Source of the DNA: a virus
Lineage: Duplodnaviria; Caudoviricetes
Virus record (IMG/VR): IMGVR_UViG_3300044471_000007
Coordinates: 1-29,116 of that record
Direction: 5' to 3' (one strand)
Length of the DNA stretch: 29,116 bases
The first letter of the stretch is position 1; each line of letters opens with the position of its first letter. Made by a program: the position numbers and the translations under genes. Below the pieces are notes generated by a model, which had not been told where the DNA came from, made no database searches, and worked only from the letters and a program-made list of their open reading frames with translations. Below, in pieces: positions 1 to 7,082 of the stretch.

Positions 1-324
1 CAACCATGATAGTGACACCCGCTGCTCGATCATCTCGATCACCTCAAGACCGCTATACAAAGCCTTGGTGTCCTGTACCCAGGAGAGGAGCTGATTGACG
101 CAACCACGCTGCTCGTCGTCAAGGGTGAATGGTGTAGCATCCTCACCTACCTCATACACTCCTTTGTTCAGGTAGTGCTTCATCACTTCATGCAGCATAG
201 TGCCTTCCTCGGCGAACGGTGAGGACGGGTTAGGCAGGCCCTTGCTTGCCTTATAACTGCCGGGGCAAGCGATGATCCGTGGAAGCTGACTTGGTGAAAA
301 CTCTGCGTGTTTTTCGGTGCTCAT
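1..324 (-). CDS. DUF2800-family Cas4-like PD-(D/E)XK nuclease, N-terminal 108 aa (runs off the window edge)
   Basis: Not in the ORF track; translated by hand as MSTEKHAEFSPSQLPRIIACPGSYKASKGLPNPSSPFAEEGTMLHEVMKHYL...IEQRVSLSWL. The HA.xSPS...R...CPGS...S..A.EGT..H pattern is the typical DUF2800 N-terminus. RBS AAGGAG lies upstream of the ATG at 324. Confidence 0.85.
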   Translation of the reverse strand, partial: MSTEKHAEFSPSQLPRIIACPGSYKASKGLPNPSSPFAEEGTMLHEVMKHYLNKGVYEVGEDATPFTLDDEQRGCVNQLLSWVQDTKALYSGLEVIEMIEQRVSLSWL

Positions 325-562
325 GACTGCATCTCCTTAGTTGAGTTTAATTTACATTGCCAAAACAACGATTAAAGCCCCAATGGCTCCAGAGACGACC
401 CCAACGACTCCTATAGCAATAAAGATGAAACCTAACCAGTGGTGCTGCCCTTCTGGAGTAAAAAAGATAATCAGGGGGGCCAGAACCACTAAAAGCACTT
501 CAATTATTGCACAGGTAACTGCAACCTTAAACATTGGACTCATGACTGCATCTCCTTAGTTG
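320..562. repeat. 24-bp perfect direct repeat (320-343 and 539-562) comprising RBS + start codon
   Basis: ctcatgactgcatctccttagttg at both positions; the minus strand reads caactAAGGAGatgcagtcATGag. Confidence 0.95.
352..543 (-). CDS. small membrane protein (2 predicted TM helices)
   Basis: 63 aa with two hydrophobic stretches; strong RBS (TAAGGAG) identical to that of the downstream gene. Confidence 0.75.
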   Translation of the reverse strand: MSPMFKVAVTCAIIEVLLVVLAPLIIFFTPEGQHHWLGFIFIAIGVVGVVSGAIGALIVVLAM

Positions 563-563
563 G

Positions 564-2948
564 TTAGTTAAACTCATCTCCAGCCTGCTTGCCTTTGAGT
601 TGCGCAAGGCGGGCCTCCAGTTGCTTTATCTGCTCCTCTACAGTCATAGGAGCATCTTCTTCTGACATCAACTCCTTCGCGGGTTCTTCTCGTAGTGGGG
701 GCATATAGTATATTATTTGTGCTCTGACACCTGCAAGCATCTGAGGGTGTTTACCAGACACCTGAATTGACCACGCCTGCACTGTTTTCTTAGCTTCGTT
801 ATACTCCTTTGAGTTCAAAGGTGCCTTCAGTCCTAACAGATCAAATATCCTGGATAGCTTGAGTCGTTCCCAGCGCCCCTCCAGTTGTGCTCTCTCAACA
901 TCAAAGTTGTAGTACAGTGCCTCCTGTATGGCCTCATTGGGCATGTGCATCAGACCGCTATTGATCGCATCCCTTATAGCAATCACCTTCTGGTCTTTTG
1001 GGTCTTCAGGATTAAACCAGTGAGGTTCACCGGACATCATAATATCATACATCTGACCCCACAGCATGTCAACATCTATATGGTGTTTATGTTTTAAATC
1101 TTGTAGCCAGATACAGAGATACCTCCGGTTGCCGGTTATGTCCCTCAGAAAGTTAGGCTCATTAGCGGAACCAGCAAACACTGTGCGTCTCACCATCTTA
1201 ACAGGTGCTTCACCGTAAGGCAACACCACCATGTCATTGGTAGCATCAAGGAATATCTTTAACTCTGATGACCCTTGACGTGCAAAGTACACATCAACCT
1301 CGTTGAGACTACATATTAGCAACCCTTGCAGCTCCATTGCCAGCTTAACGCCATCAGTCCTAAAGCCCCCGCCGAAGTTTAACCTCTTTTCCGCACAGAA
1401 ATCTCGCAGACCCGGAGGGAACAATGACTGTATCCAGTTGGATTTGCCCAACTCCTGCGGCCCAATCAAGATTAGCATCTGATTAAGACGTGCAGGGGTA
1501 TGTGTGTTGCTATCCTGAGTAGCCGCTACCACCACTTGGAGTAGCCACTTCCGCAAGAACTGTTGGTACGCGAAATCAAAGCTCCGGTTTTTAGGGAGCA
1601 GGGTATCATATAGACTGGCGAGCCTGTCCTGACCATCCCACTTTTTATGGCACTCAATAAAGTAATCCCTGATGATGTTACGAGGTGTTGATCTACTCCG
1701 GGCTGTCAATATCTTCTTCAACTTACTTTCCCCAAAACTCGATGGAGGGAAACCAAGAGATACAAGGTCAGTACATATAAAAGCTGCCACTTCCCCCAGA
1801 GATAGCTCTGATGGATACGACTTTAGGTGCCACCGTGCTGCCGCCCGTGCTGACATCTTGATCTTACTCTGCTTCGTGATTTCATCGAAGTAAAGTTCAA
1901 CTTGGCAGAATTTCAGGTATGCTATCAAGTTGCCATGAGTGGGCATCAAACCGCCTTTCTTCCCCTTATCGGGGAACTCTGGACGCTGGGATGCCGCCAA
2001 CTTGATAAGTAACCCTATGGTTATTGAGTGTGGCTTAGTGCGAAAAGACTCCCACTTCTGACCACAAACCTCTGCGTCATAGTTATCCCCTTCTGCTGAC
2101 CACTCATTCCAGATTGCAAAGCCCTCAAGACTCCCACTGAAGTTGTGGTGTATAGCCTGCCCGATTTTAATCCACGCGGCATAGTCTTCGGTTCCATTCA
2201 GTTCATCCAGAAGTTCGGCCTTGTCAAATAGACTTGTCAATGATGACCCTGTTAGAGCTTTGACGGGGACAAGGCGTAACAGCTCCCGTACCTTTGTAGC
2301 CGACAACCTCGTGTATCCTTCTACTGGTCTCTCTGTGTCCTTGTTCTTGTAGTTATCAACATCGCTGAAATCTTCTGGAGCCGCAAACGGAGCTTTGTAG
2401 CCCAGCAACTCATAGACCTCATTAGCAGATGATGCTCTGATAGTATTCGTGTCTCCTACCGTCTGGCCTGTCAGCGTAACATAGCCAGAGGAAACATATA
2501 CCTCCACACCGTTTAGCGTTAGCTTGTTAGATTTGAAACTCTCTTTGTCTTGTACGGACAGGATAACATGGAGACCTTTACCCGACGGAGATACCTCCGT
2601 GTAGGATTGAAACTTTAAAGCAGCCTCTTTTAGTGTCTCAAAGGGTGTCTTTTTTTTATCATCATCGAAGTCTAAACAGATGAATGGGTGGTCTAAGGTA
2701 TAACGGAAGCCTAATCCTCTGGTTGTTTCACATTGGTTGAATGCTTGATTTGTTTTCTTCTTAGCCCATTGGGGGTCATCTGGTTTCTTCAGTAACTTTA
2801 TTGCACCACTCTTTAACTCTTTGGGTACTGGGAACCAGGGGATAAAGAACGGGTGCTCCTTGAGTTCATCAGGAATGTTCTCTGCTATCCACTGAATACT
2901 GCCCATGCTGACTTGGTTTACATCAAGTTTGTCTGTTATAATTGCCAT
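564..2948 (-). CDS. primase-helicase: prim-pol (AEP) domain + PriCT-2 + VirE/VapE-type helicase
   Basis: N-terminal CLDFDD and YTEVSPSGKGLH prim-pol motifs; DYAAWIKIGQAIH...WNEWS...Y...KWESF (PriCT-2); Walker A GPQELGKS, LNEVD, and RRTVFAGSANEPNFLRDITGNRRY (VirE). Confidence 0.92.
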   Translation of the reverse strand: MAIITDKLDVNQVSMGSIQWIAENIPDELKEHPFFIPWFPVPKELKSGAIKLLKKPDDPQWAKKKTNQAFNQCETTRGLGFRYTLDHPFICLDFDDDKKKTPFETLKEAALKFQSYTEVSPSGKGLHVILSVQDKESFKSNKLTLNGVEVYVSSGYVTLTGQTVGDTNTIRASSANEVYELLGYKAPFAAPEDFSDVDNYKNKDTERPVEGYTRLSATKVRELLRLVPVKALTGSSLTSLFDKAELLDELNGTEDYAAWIKIGQAIHHNFSGSLEGFAIWNEWSAEGDNYDAEVCGQKWESFRTKPHSITIGLLIKLAASQRPEFPDKGKKGGLMPTHGNLIAYLKFCQVELYFDEITKQSKIKMSARAAARWHLKSYPSELSLGEVAAFICTDLVSLGFPPSSFGESKLKKILTARSRSTPRNIIRDYFIECHKKWDGQDRLASLYDTLLPKNRSFDFAYQQFLRKWLLQVVVAATQDSNTHTPARLNQMLILIGPQELGKSNWIQSLFPPGLRDFCAEKRLNFGGGFRTDGVKLAMELQGLLICSLNEVDVYFARQGSSELKIFLDATNDMVVLPYGEAPVKMVRRTVFAGSANEPNFLRDITGNRRYLCIWLQDLKHKHHIDVDMLWGQMYDIMMSGEPHWFNPEDPKDQKVIAIRDAINSGLMHMPNEAIQEALYYNFDVERAQLEGRWERLKLSRIFDLLGLKAPLNSKEYNEAKKTVQAWSIQVSGKHPQMLAGVRAQIIYYMPPLREEPAKELMSEEDAPMTVEEQIKQLEARLAQLKGKQAGDEFN

Positions 2949-2967
2949 GTCATCTTGCCTTGGTTAT

Positions 2968-2990
2968 GCGCACCCGGTTTAAGAGTGCGC
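2968..2990 (-). other. intergenic stem-loop upstream of the primase
   Basis: Minus strand gcgcactc-ttaaacc-gggtgcgc: 8-bp stem with one G-U pair, no U-tract. Confidence 0.45.
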
Positions 2991-3000
2991 TTGTAGTGTG

Positions 3001-3855
3001 TTAGAGTTCGTTGATCAGGTTGCGGAGGTCATTGTACTGGGCTTTGCGTTCTGCTGCCCGTGCTGCTGCCTCCAATGCTGCTGCCGCTGCCTCTGCTGCG
3101 TCTGCTGCCCGTGCTGCGTCTGCTGCGTCTGCTGCGTCTGCTGCGTCTGCTGCCCGTGCTGCTGCCCGTGCTGCTGCTGCGTCTGCTGCGTCTGCTGCGT
3201 CTGCTGCGTCTGCTGCGTCTGCTGCCCGTGCTGCGTCTGCTGCGTCTGCTGCGTCTGCTGCGTCTGCTGCGTCTGCTGCGTCTGCTGCTGCCCGTGCTGC
3301 TGCCCGTGCTGCTGCCGCTGTCCGGTCTTCGCCTGAGAGCCGTTTGGCAGCCCATCTCTCCCATTCGGGGCACCCACTTTTCCCCAACGCCCGGCGGATC
3401 GCCCGTTCCACCGTCTGATTCAACCACTGGTGGAGCTGTGGTTCAGGCAGCAGGCCGGAGTTGAGCACGGCTTCAATAGCTGCGGTGGGGTTGCCTTTGT
3501 GGTCTGAGTTCGTCAGGATGCAGAGCAGCTTAACCGCTAATGATGGCTCATGGGCTGCCATTTCCTGTTCTGCTGTCCACGTTGGCAGGATTGGCTCCAC
3601 CAGTGGCGCGGGTGGCTTGAGGAGGCTGGTCAGTTCTTCAATGCTTTGCGCCCGTCTCAGTGCCTCCTTAACCAGGGGGAGAAAGTCCTTGTGCTCCGCC
3701 TTGGTCGCGTGGGCCGGGCAGTCAACAGATAAGGACGTGTCCGCGCCCTCCTGCGTGATGAAGGCGTTTTGCCAAATACCGCCGTCGGGCAGCTTGCCTA
3801 TGGTGAGGGTGAGGGTTTTGAATGGTGACTGCTTCAGACTTTTAACGTAACTCAT
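3001..3855 (-). CDS. Ala-rich repeat protein, paralog family member 1
   Basis: 284 aa with RBS AAGGAG. Core AVLNSGLLPEPQLHQWL...WERWAAKRLSGEDRT, then ~90 aa of (ADA/ARA)n, then C-terminal AERKAQYNDLRNLINEL. Confidence 0.85.
   Translation of the reverse strand: MSYVKSLKQSPFKTLTLTIGKLPDGGIWQNAFITQEGADTSLSVDCPAHATKAEHKDFLPLVKEALRRAQSIEELTSLLKPPAPLVEPILPTWTAEQEMAAHEPSLAVKLLCILTNSDHKGNPTAAIEAVLNSGLLPEPQLHQWLNQTVERAIRRALGKSGCPEWERWAAKRLSGEDRTAAAARAAARAAADAADAADAADAADAADAARAADAADAADAADAADAAAARAAARAADAADAADAADAARAADAAEAAAAALEAAARAAERKAQYNDLRNLINEL
3052..3319. repeat. coding 9-bp microsatellite (tgctgcgtc / tgctgcccg)n
   Basis: Near-perfect units encoding Ala-Asp-Ala / Ala-Arg-Ala on the minus strand with almost invariant codons (GCA, GAC, CGG). 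Confidence 0.97.
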
Positions 3856-3882
3856 TTTGGCTCCTTTTGCACGGTTATCTGG

Positions 3883-3995
3883 TTGGTGTTACGGGTTCAG
3901 CGTTTGGTGTTACGGGTTCAGCGTTTGGTGTTACGGGTTCAGCGTTTGGTGTTACGGGTTCAGCGTTTGGTGTTACGGGTTCAGCGTTTGGTGTT
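3883..3995. repeat. 21-bp tandem repeat, 5 full copies + 8 bp
   Basis: ttggtgttacgggttcagcgt x5; begins in the last codons and stop of the Cys-rich gene and fills the intergenic gap. Confidence 0.97.
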
Positions 3996-4352
3996 CAGAA
4001 CTTTCGTCCAGTACCGCTTACTGGCTACCTTCAAACAGGTCTGGCAGGTCTTGTAGCCCTCTTGTGGAGTGGCCCCGCACTTACACAGCCCGTCTGCTCT
4101 ATGCTGTCTTTGGATGCGCCGGATAACGGCATTCTTACTTTCAGCGCATGTTTGGCAGAGCAGCCGCCCTTCACGTGAATTGCATTCACCGCAGATGGTG
4201 CATATCCCCGCCAAGGCTCTCCGTTTTCTACGTTCAACAGCCAGCTCGTTATTGCGCACTCTTGCACAGTCAACACACCTCCTACGGGTTCGGCCAGCCC
4301 CAACCAGAGGGGTGATCTCGGTGCCGCAGTCAACGCAGTTTGTTGGTTTCAT
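3981..4352 (-). CDS. Cys-rich putative multi-zinc-finger protein
   Basis: CVDC, CVDC, CTIC, CQTC, CKC and CQTC motifs with basic linkers; ATGA overlap with the upstream gene. Confidence 0.8.
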   Translation of the reverse strand: MKPTNCVDCGTEITPLVGAGRTRRRCVDCARVRNNELAVERRKRRALAGICTICGECNSREGRLLCQTCAESKNAVIRRIQRQHRADGLCKCGATPQEGYKTCQTCLKVASKRYWTKVLNTKR

Positions 4353-4603
4353 GGTATCTCAATCGAACAGGCTTTGTGGTTGTACCAACCATCCTTAACG
4401 GGGAACTTACCCGATTGAGTAATAGCCATTGTGTTAGCCTCCTCAACGGAACATGCAGTTATAACCAAGGGGGTATAAGAGGTTGTGAGGGAGGTTGTTA
4501 GTCCAACCTTCTCAAATCGCTCCCTTTCTTTGGGATCTTCAATCTCCGATACAGGTACATTCCTTAGAGCTATTAAAGCTGTTGCAAATCTTTTCATGAT
4601 CAA
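4349..4603 (-). CDS. hypothetical protein
   Basis: 84 aa, coupled to both neighbours by 4-bp overlaps; GGAGG RBS upstream (the start may be the ATG two codons in). Confidence 0.65.
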   Translation of the reverse strand: MIMKRFATALIALRNVPVSEIEDPKERERFEKVGLTTSLTTSYTPLVITACSVEEANTMAITQSGKFPVKDGWYNHKACSIEIP

Positions 4604-5229
4604 ACCTCCATAGTGTTGATAAGGGAGAGCAGGTCTTGATACTGCTGCTCTCGTTCAGCTGCGACTGCTTCAGTAATCCGCAGTGTGGAGAACTGAGGGC
4701 TATACGCTGCGACTGCTTCAGTAATCCGCAGTGTGGAGAACTGAGGGCTATACGCTGCGACTGCTTCAGTAATCCGCAGTGTGGAGAACTGAGGGCTATA
4801 CGCTGCAATGGCTGCACATTCAGTGACCAGCAGTGCGTGCTGTGAAGCCTCCAAAGCGTGGCTGCTCTTAGATGCCCTTGCGGCCTCTGCTGCGGCCCAG
4901 ATAGGCTCGGCATCATAAGCCGCCCCGTCCCTTGCAGCCTGCTGGGCTTCTTTGGTTGTCCGGGCTATGACCCGTTCAGTCAGGCTGTCAAGGCACAGTG
5001 AAGCTCTGTCCTTGCTGTGCAGCCTCTTGACTGCCCAAGCGTCCCAGGCAGCCCGGCCTGTCCATTGGGAGCAACCAGGGAGGCCCAGCACACGGCGGAG
5101 GGCGCGTTCGGTCAGGCTGTCGAGGAACTGCTGGAGCTGTGGTTCAGGCAGCAGGCCGGACAGCAACACGGCTTTGATTGCTTCGGATCGGTCGTCGTTC
5201 TTCATCAGGTGGAGCAATTCAGTTTTCAT
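4600..5229 (-). CDS. paralog family member 2, with a 16-aa tandem repeat
   Basis: AVLLSGLLPEPQLQQFL...WDAWAVKRLHSKDRAS...AEREQQYQDLLSLIN; clearly homologous to 3001..3855. Confidence 0.85.
   Translation of the reverse strand: MKTELLHLMKNDDRSEAIKAVLLSGLLPEPQLQQFLDSLTERALRRVLGLPGCSQWTGRAAWDAWAVKRLHSKDRASLCLDSLTERVIARTTKEAQQAARDGAAYDAEPIWAAAEAARASKSSHALEASQHALLVTECAAIAAYSPQFSTLRITEAVAAYSPQFSTLRITEAVAAYSPQFSTLRITEAVAAEREQQYQDLLSLINTMEV
4658..4806. repeat. coding 48-bp perfect tandem repeat x3
   Basis: gctgcgactgcttcagtaatccgcagtgtggagaactgagggctatac x3, encoding (AAYSPQFSTLRITEAV)3. Confidence 0.97.
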
Positions 5230-5239
5230 GTTCGTGTGT

Positions 5240-5349
5240 TTTCAAGGGTTTAAGTGGATACACTTCCAAAACAGGTTCACTGAAAATATCCGAAGCTGTT
5301 CACTGAAAATATCCGGGAAAAGTGTTCACTGTTATTTCAAGGGTTTAAG
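5240..5349. repeat. iteron-like direct repeats flanked by IHF-like sites
   Basis: gttcactgaaaatatccg at 5275-5292 and 5298-5315, plus a partial gttcactg near 5323. tttcaagggtttaag occurs at 5240-5254 and 5335-5349 and resembles the IHF consensus WATCAANNNNTTR. Confidence 0.7.
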
Positions 5350-5361
5350 CCATTTTTGCAG

Positions 5362-5722
5362 ATACCTTGAATCATTGCTAATCTTCAAGTACCTAAATTT
5401 GTTCAACAAGAGTTCCAGATTCGCGCTTTAACTCGTGCGTCGTGTATCGTTAATAACCAGGGGGGTTTAGCTCACTTTCTTCGAGTTCACGAGTTCCGCC
5501 CATACATATATACTATTATAGCATTATGTATATATATATCTCTCTTAAAACATACCTTCCTATATTTAAGATAATAGGTGTTAAAGTAATTCGTGGACTC
5601 GAAGAAAGTGAGCTAAACCCCTCTGGTTATTGATGATCCGCTACACACGAGTTCCACCCCCGAATCTGGAATTCGTGCGAATGATTTCAGGTACATACAA
5701 AATCCATAAAGATTCAGGGTAT
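5362..5722. repeat. long imperfect inverted repeat around an AT-rich (TA)n core; probable replication origin
   Basis: Arms ~5362-5495 and 5588-5722. The core 5446-5495 pairs with 5588-5637 (50 bp, 5 G-T pairs, no other mismatch) around a 92-nt spacer containing tatatatatatctctc. The repeat is certain; the origin function is inferred. Confidence 0.85.
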
Positions 5723-5883
5723 ATCCGTTTTCGTTAATATTTTCAAGAGGCTGCACACCCCCTTTTTTCACCTAAAACACATCATCAAAATACCCGCTTT
5801 TTTGGTGAGACGTTCCGCGCTCGGAAAAAGCGTAACACGAATTTTCAAAATTCCTGGCAAGGCTCCCCGTGCTACTATCATCA

Positions 5884-5914
5884 GCACCGCAGAGGAACAA
5901 ACCCTCTGCGGTGC
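5884..5914 (-). terminator. strong GC hairpin just after the stop of 5923..6240 (terminator or RNA stability element)
   Basis: gcaccgcagagg-aacaaac-cctctgcggtgc, perfect 12-bp stem; lacks a U-tract on both strands. Confidence 0.5.
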
Positions 5915-5922
5915 AGCAGACC

Positions 5923-6240
5923 TTACGCGGCACACCGCCCATCTAACCTGTGGTGCTGACACTCCCAGTTTGCCCCATTTGTAAATGCGGCCCTATAAGG
6001 CAGGAAGACCGCATAAGTTCTACAGTACCCTTGAAAACACCCTGTTTCATCCTCATCACTCCTAAGGGCCAGACCGCACAAAGGGCATTCGCTATTTCTC
6101 TGGATACTATGGATGCCCAGAAGACCCAATACATACTTGCAACAGCACTCTGTGAACATGGTCTCTTCACCAGTCTTCCCACAAGTGGGGCATTCAATAA
6201 CTGTTTGCAACGTACCAACTGCATTAGATACCAACTTCAT
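5923..6240 (-). CDS. Cys-rich zinc-ribbon-like hypothetical protein
   Basis: CPTC, ECCC, CPLC and C....YC motifs; AAGGAG RBS upstream. Confidence 0.7.
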   Translation of the reverse strand: MKLVSNAVGTLQTVIECPTCGKTGEETMFTECCCKYVLGLLGIHSIQRNSECPLCGLALRSDEDETGCFQGYCRTYAVFLPYRAAFTNGANWECQHHRLDGRCAA

Positions 6241-6769
6241 AGCCGTTCTCCTTTAGCAGTGCCAAGACTTCGGCTTTTCTTGTGCGGTAGTTTTCCAATG
6301 AAGTTTCGGCGTTAAAAACAGCATTGTCCAACCACCAAAGCATATCATAAACTCGGCCCTCTTCAAACCAAGAGACTGCCCTTTCTGCTGCATCCGCTGT
6401 TGAAACAGCCCAGTCTGCGGCTTCAAAGATTTCATCAACCTCAGTTGCATCTCTATACCACCGCATAAAAACGCAGACGCTCTCGATGCCCTCCCAGCTC
6501 CTCGCATCGCTGTTCTTTAATAGCCAATTTGCAGACCAACTCTCATACTCATCGTGCATCTTTCCGCTCTTCACCAACTCCTGAACTCTTTCGAGTGCTG
6601 AAGTAACCAACGCATTCAGATACTCCTGAAGAGCAGACACGGCCTTTCGGTGTTGCTCATCTGCAACCCTGATGAGCTTCATCTGTCCACCACAGCCACA
6701 AGTGCTGAAGCTGTCAGAAAGCACGATGTTATGGACGTTAGAACATTTGCTGCATTTGATATAGATCAT
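6224..6769 (-). CDS. N-terminal zinc ribbon fused to a helical domain; possible distant paralog family member
   Basis: CSKC...CGCGG, then LQEYLNALVTSALERV...YESWSANWLLKNSDARS...AADWAVSTADAAERA; GAGAGG RBS. Confidence 0.8.
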   Translation of the reverse strand: MIYIKCSKCSNVHNIVLSDSFSTCGCGGQMKLIRVADEQHRKAVSALQEYLNALVTSALERVQELVKSGKMHDEYESWSANWLLKNSDARSWEGIESVCVFMRWYRDATEVDEIFEAADWAVSTADAAERAVSWFEEGRVYDMLWWLDNAVFNAETSLENYRTRKAEVLALLKENGYEVGI

Positions 6770-7032
6770 TTTATCCTCTCTGGTTGAGGAAGGCCGAAGC
6801 CCTCCAGGCCAGTTGGTTCGTAAAATAATACCGTCGCGTTATGGTATTTCCACCGACCTTTCTTAGGACGTTCACCGTCGAACCATGCAAGTTGTGCCCA
6901 GCCAAACTCAATGTAGTATATCGGGCACGACAACCAGGTTATTGTTTTATCATCAATTATATCCCCCATACTGTACTTGTCTGGCGGAGCCGTCATTCGT
7001 CTGCTCCTAAGATACGCTTCGTATGCTCCCAT
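6766..7032 (-). CDS. hypothetical protein
   Basis: 88 aa with AAGGA RBS; ATGA-type overlap with the next gene. Confidence 0.65.
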   Translation of the reverse strand: MGAYEAYLRSRRMTAPPDKYSMGDIIDDKTITWLSCPIYYIEFGWAQLAWFDGERPKKGRWKYHNATVLFYEPTGLEGFGLPQPERIK

Positions 7033-7071
7033 TTCCTTTACCCTCTGGTTAAGGAGGGCCGAAGCCCTCCA
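6778..7071 (-). repeat. 29-bp direct repeat (6778-6806, 7043-7071) containing a C(UUCG)G hairpin upstream of an RBS
   Basis: Minus strand tggagggcTTCGgcc(c/t)tcct(t/c)aaccagag, 27/29 identical. Confidence 0.9.
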
Positions 7072-7082
7072 AAGTTAGTTGT

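Noticed and set aside
1-324. cas4 gene implying a CRISPR-Cas system
   Set aside because: DUF2800 Cas4-like nucleases are routine in phage replication modules; no other cas genes or array are in the window.
2998-3464. Five alternative-frame ORFs (poly-Cys, poly-Gln, Ser/Arg, Leu/Arg, Ala/Ser)
   Set aside because: They are shadows of a stop-free microsatellite. Only the 3001..3855 frame has an RBS and paralog support on both sides of the repeat.
3857-4178. Plus-strand ORFs with WCYGFSV / GVTGSAF repeats
   Set aside because: Products of the 21-bp repeat, antisense to the operon, with no RBS.
3001-5229. Diversity-generating retroelement (TR/VR pair) or retron
   Set aside because: No reverse transcriptase in the window, and paralog differences are not adenine-specific.
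5362-5722. MITE/IS terminal inverted repeats or a protelomerase site
   Set aside because: No transposase or target duplication, similarity is highest in the inner arms, and a 92-nt spacer separates the arms, unlike a continuous tel palindrome.
5768-5962. Small minus-strand ORFs (64 aa in the track; 56 aa from ATG 5942)
   Set aside because: Weak RBS, they run through a strong hairpin and have no recognisable motif; not excluded but unsupported.
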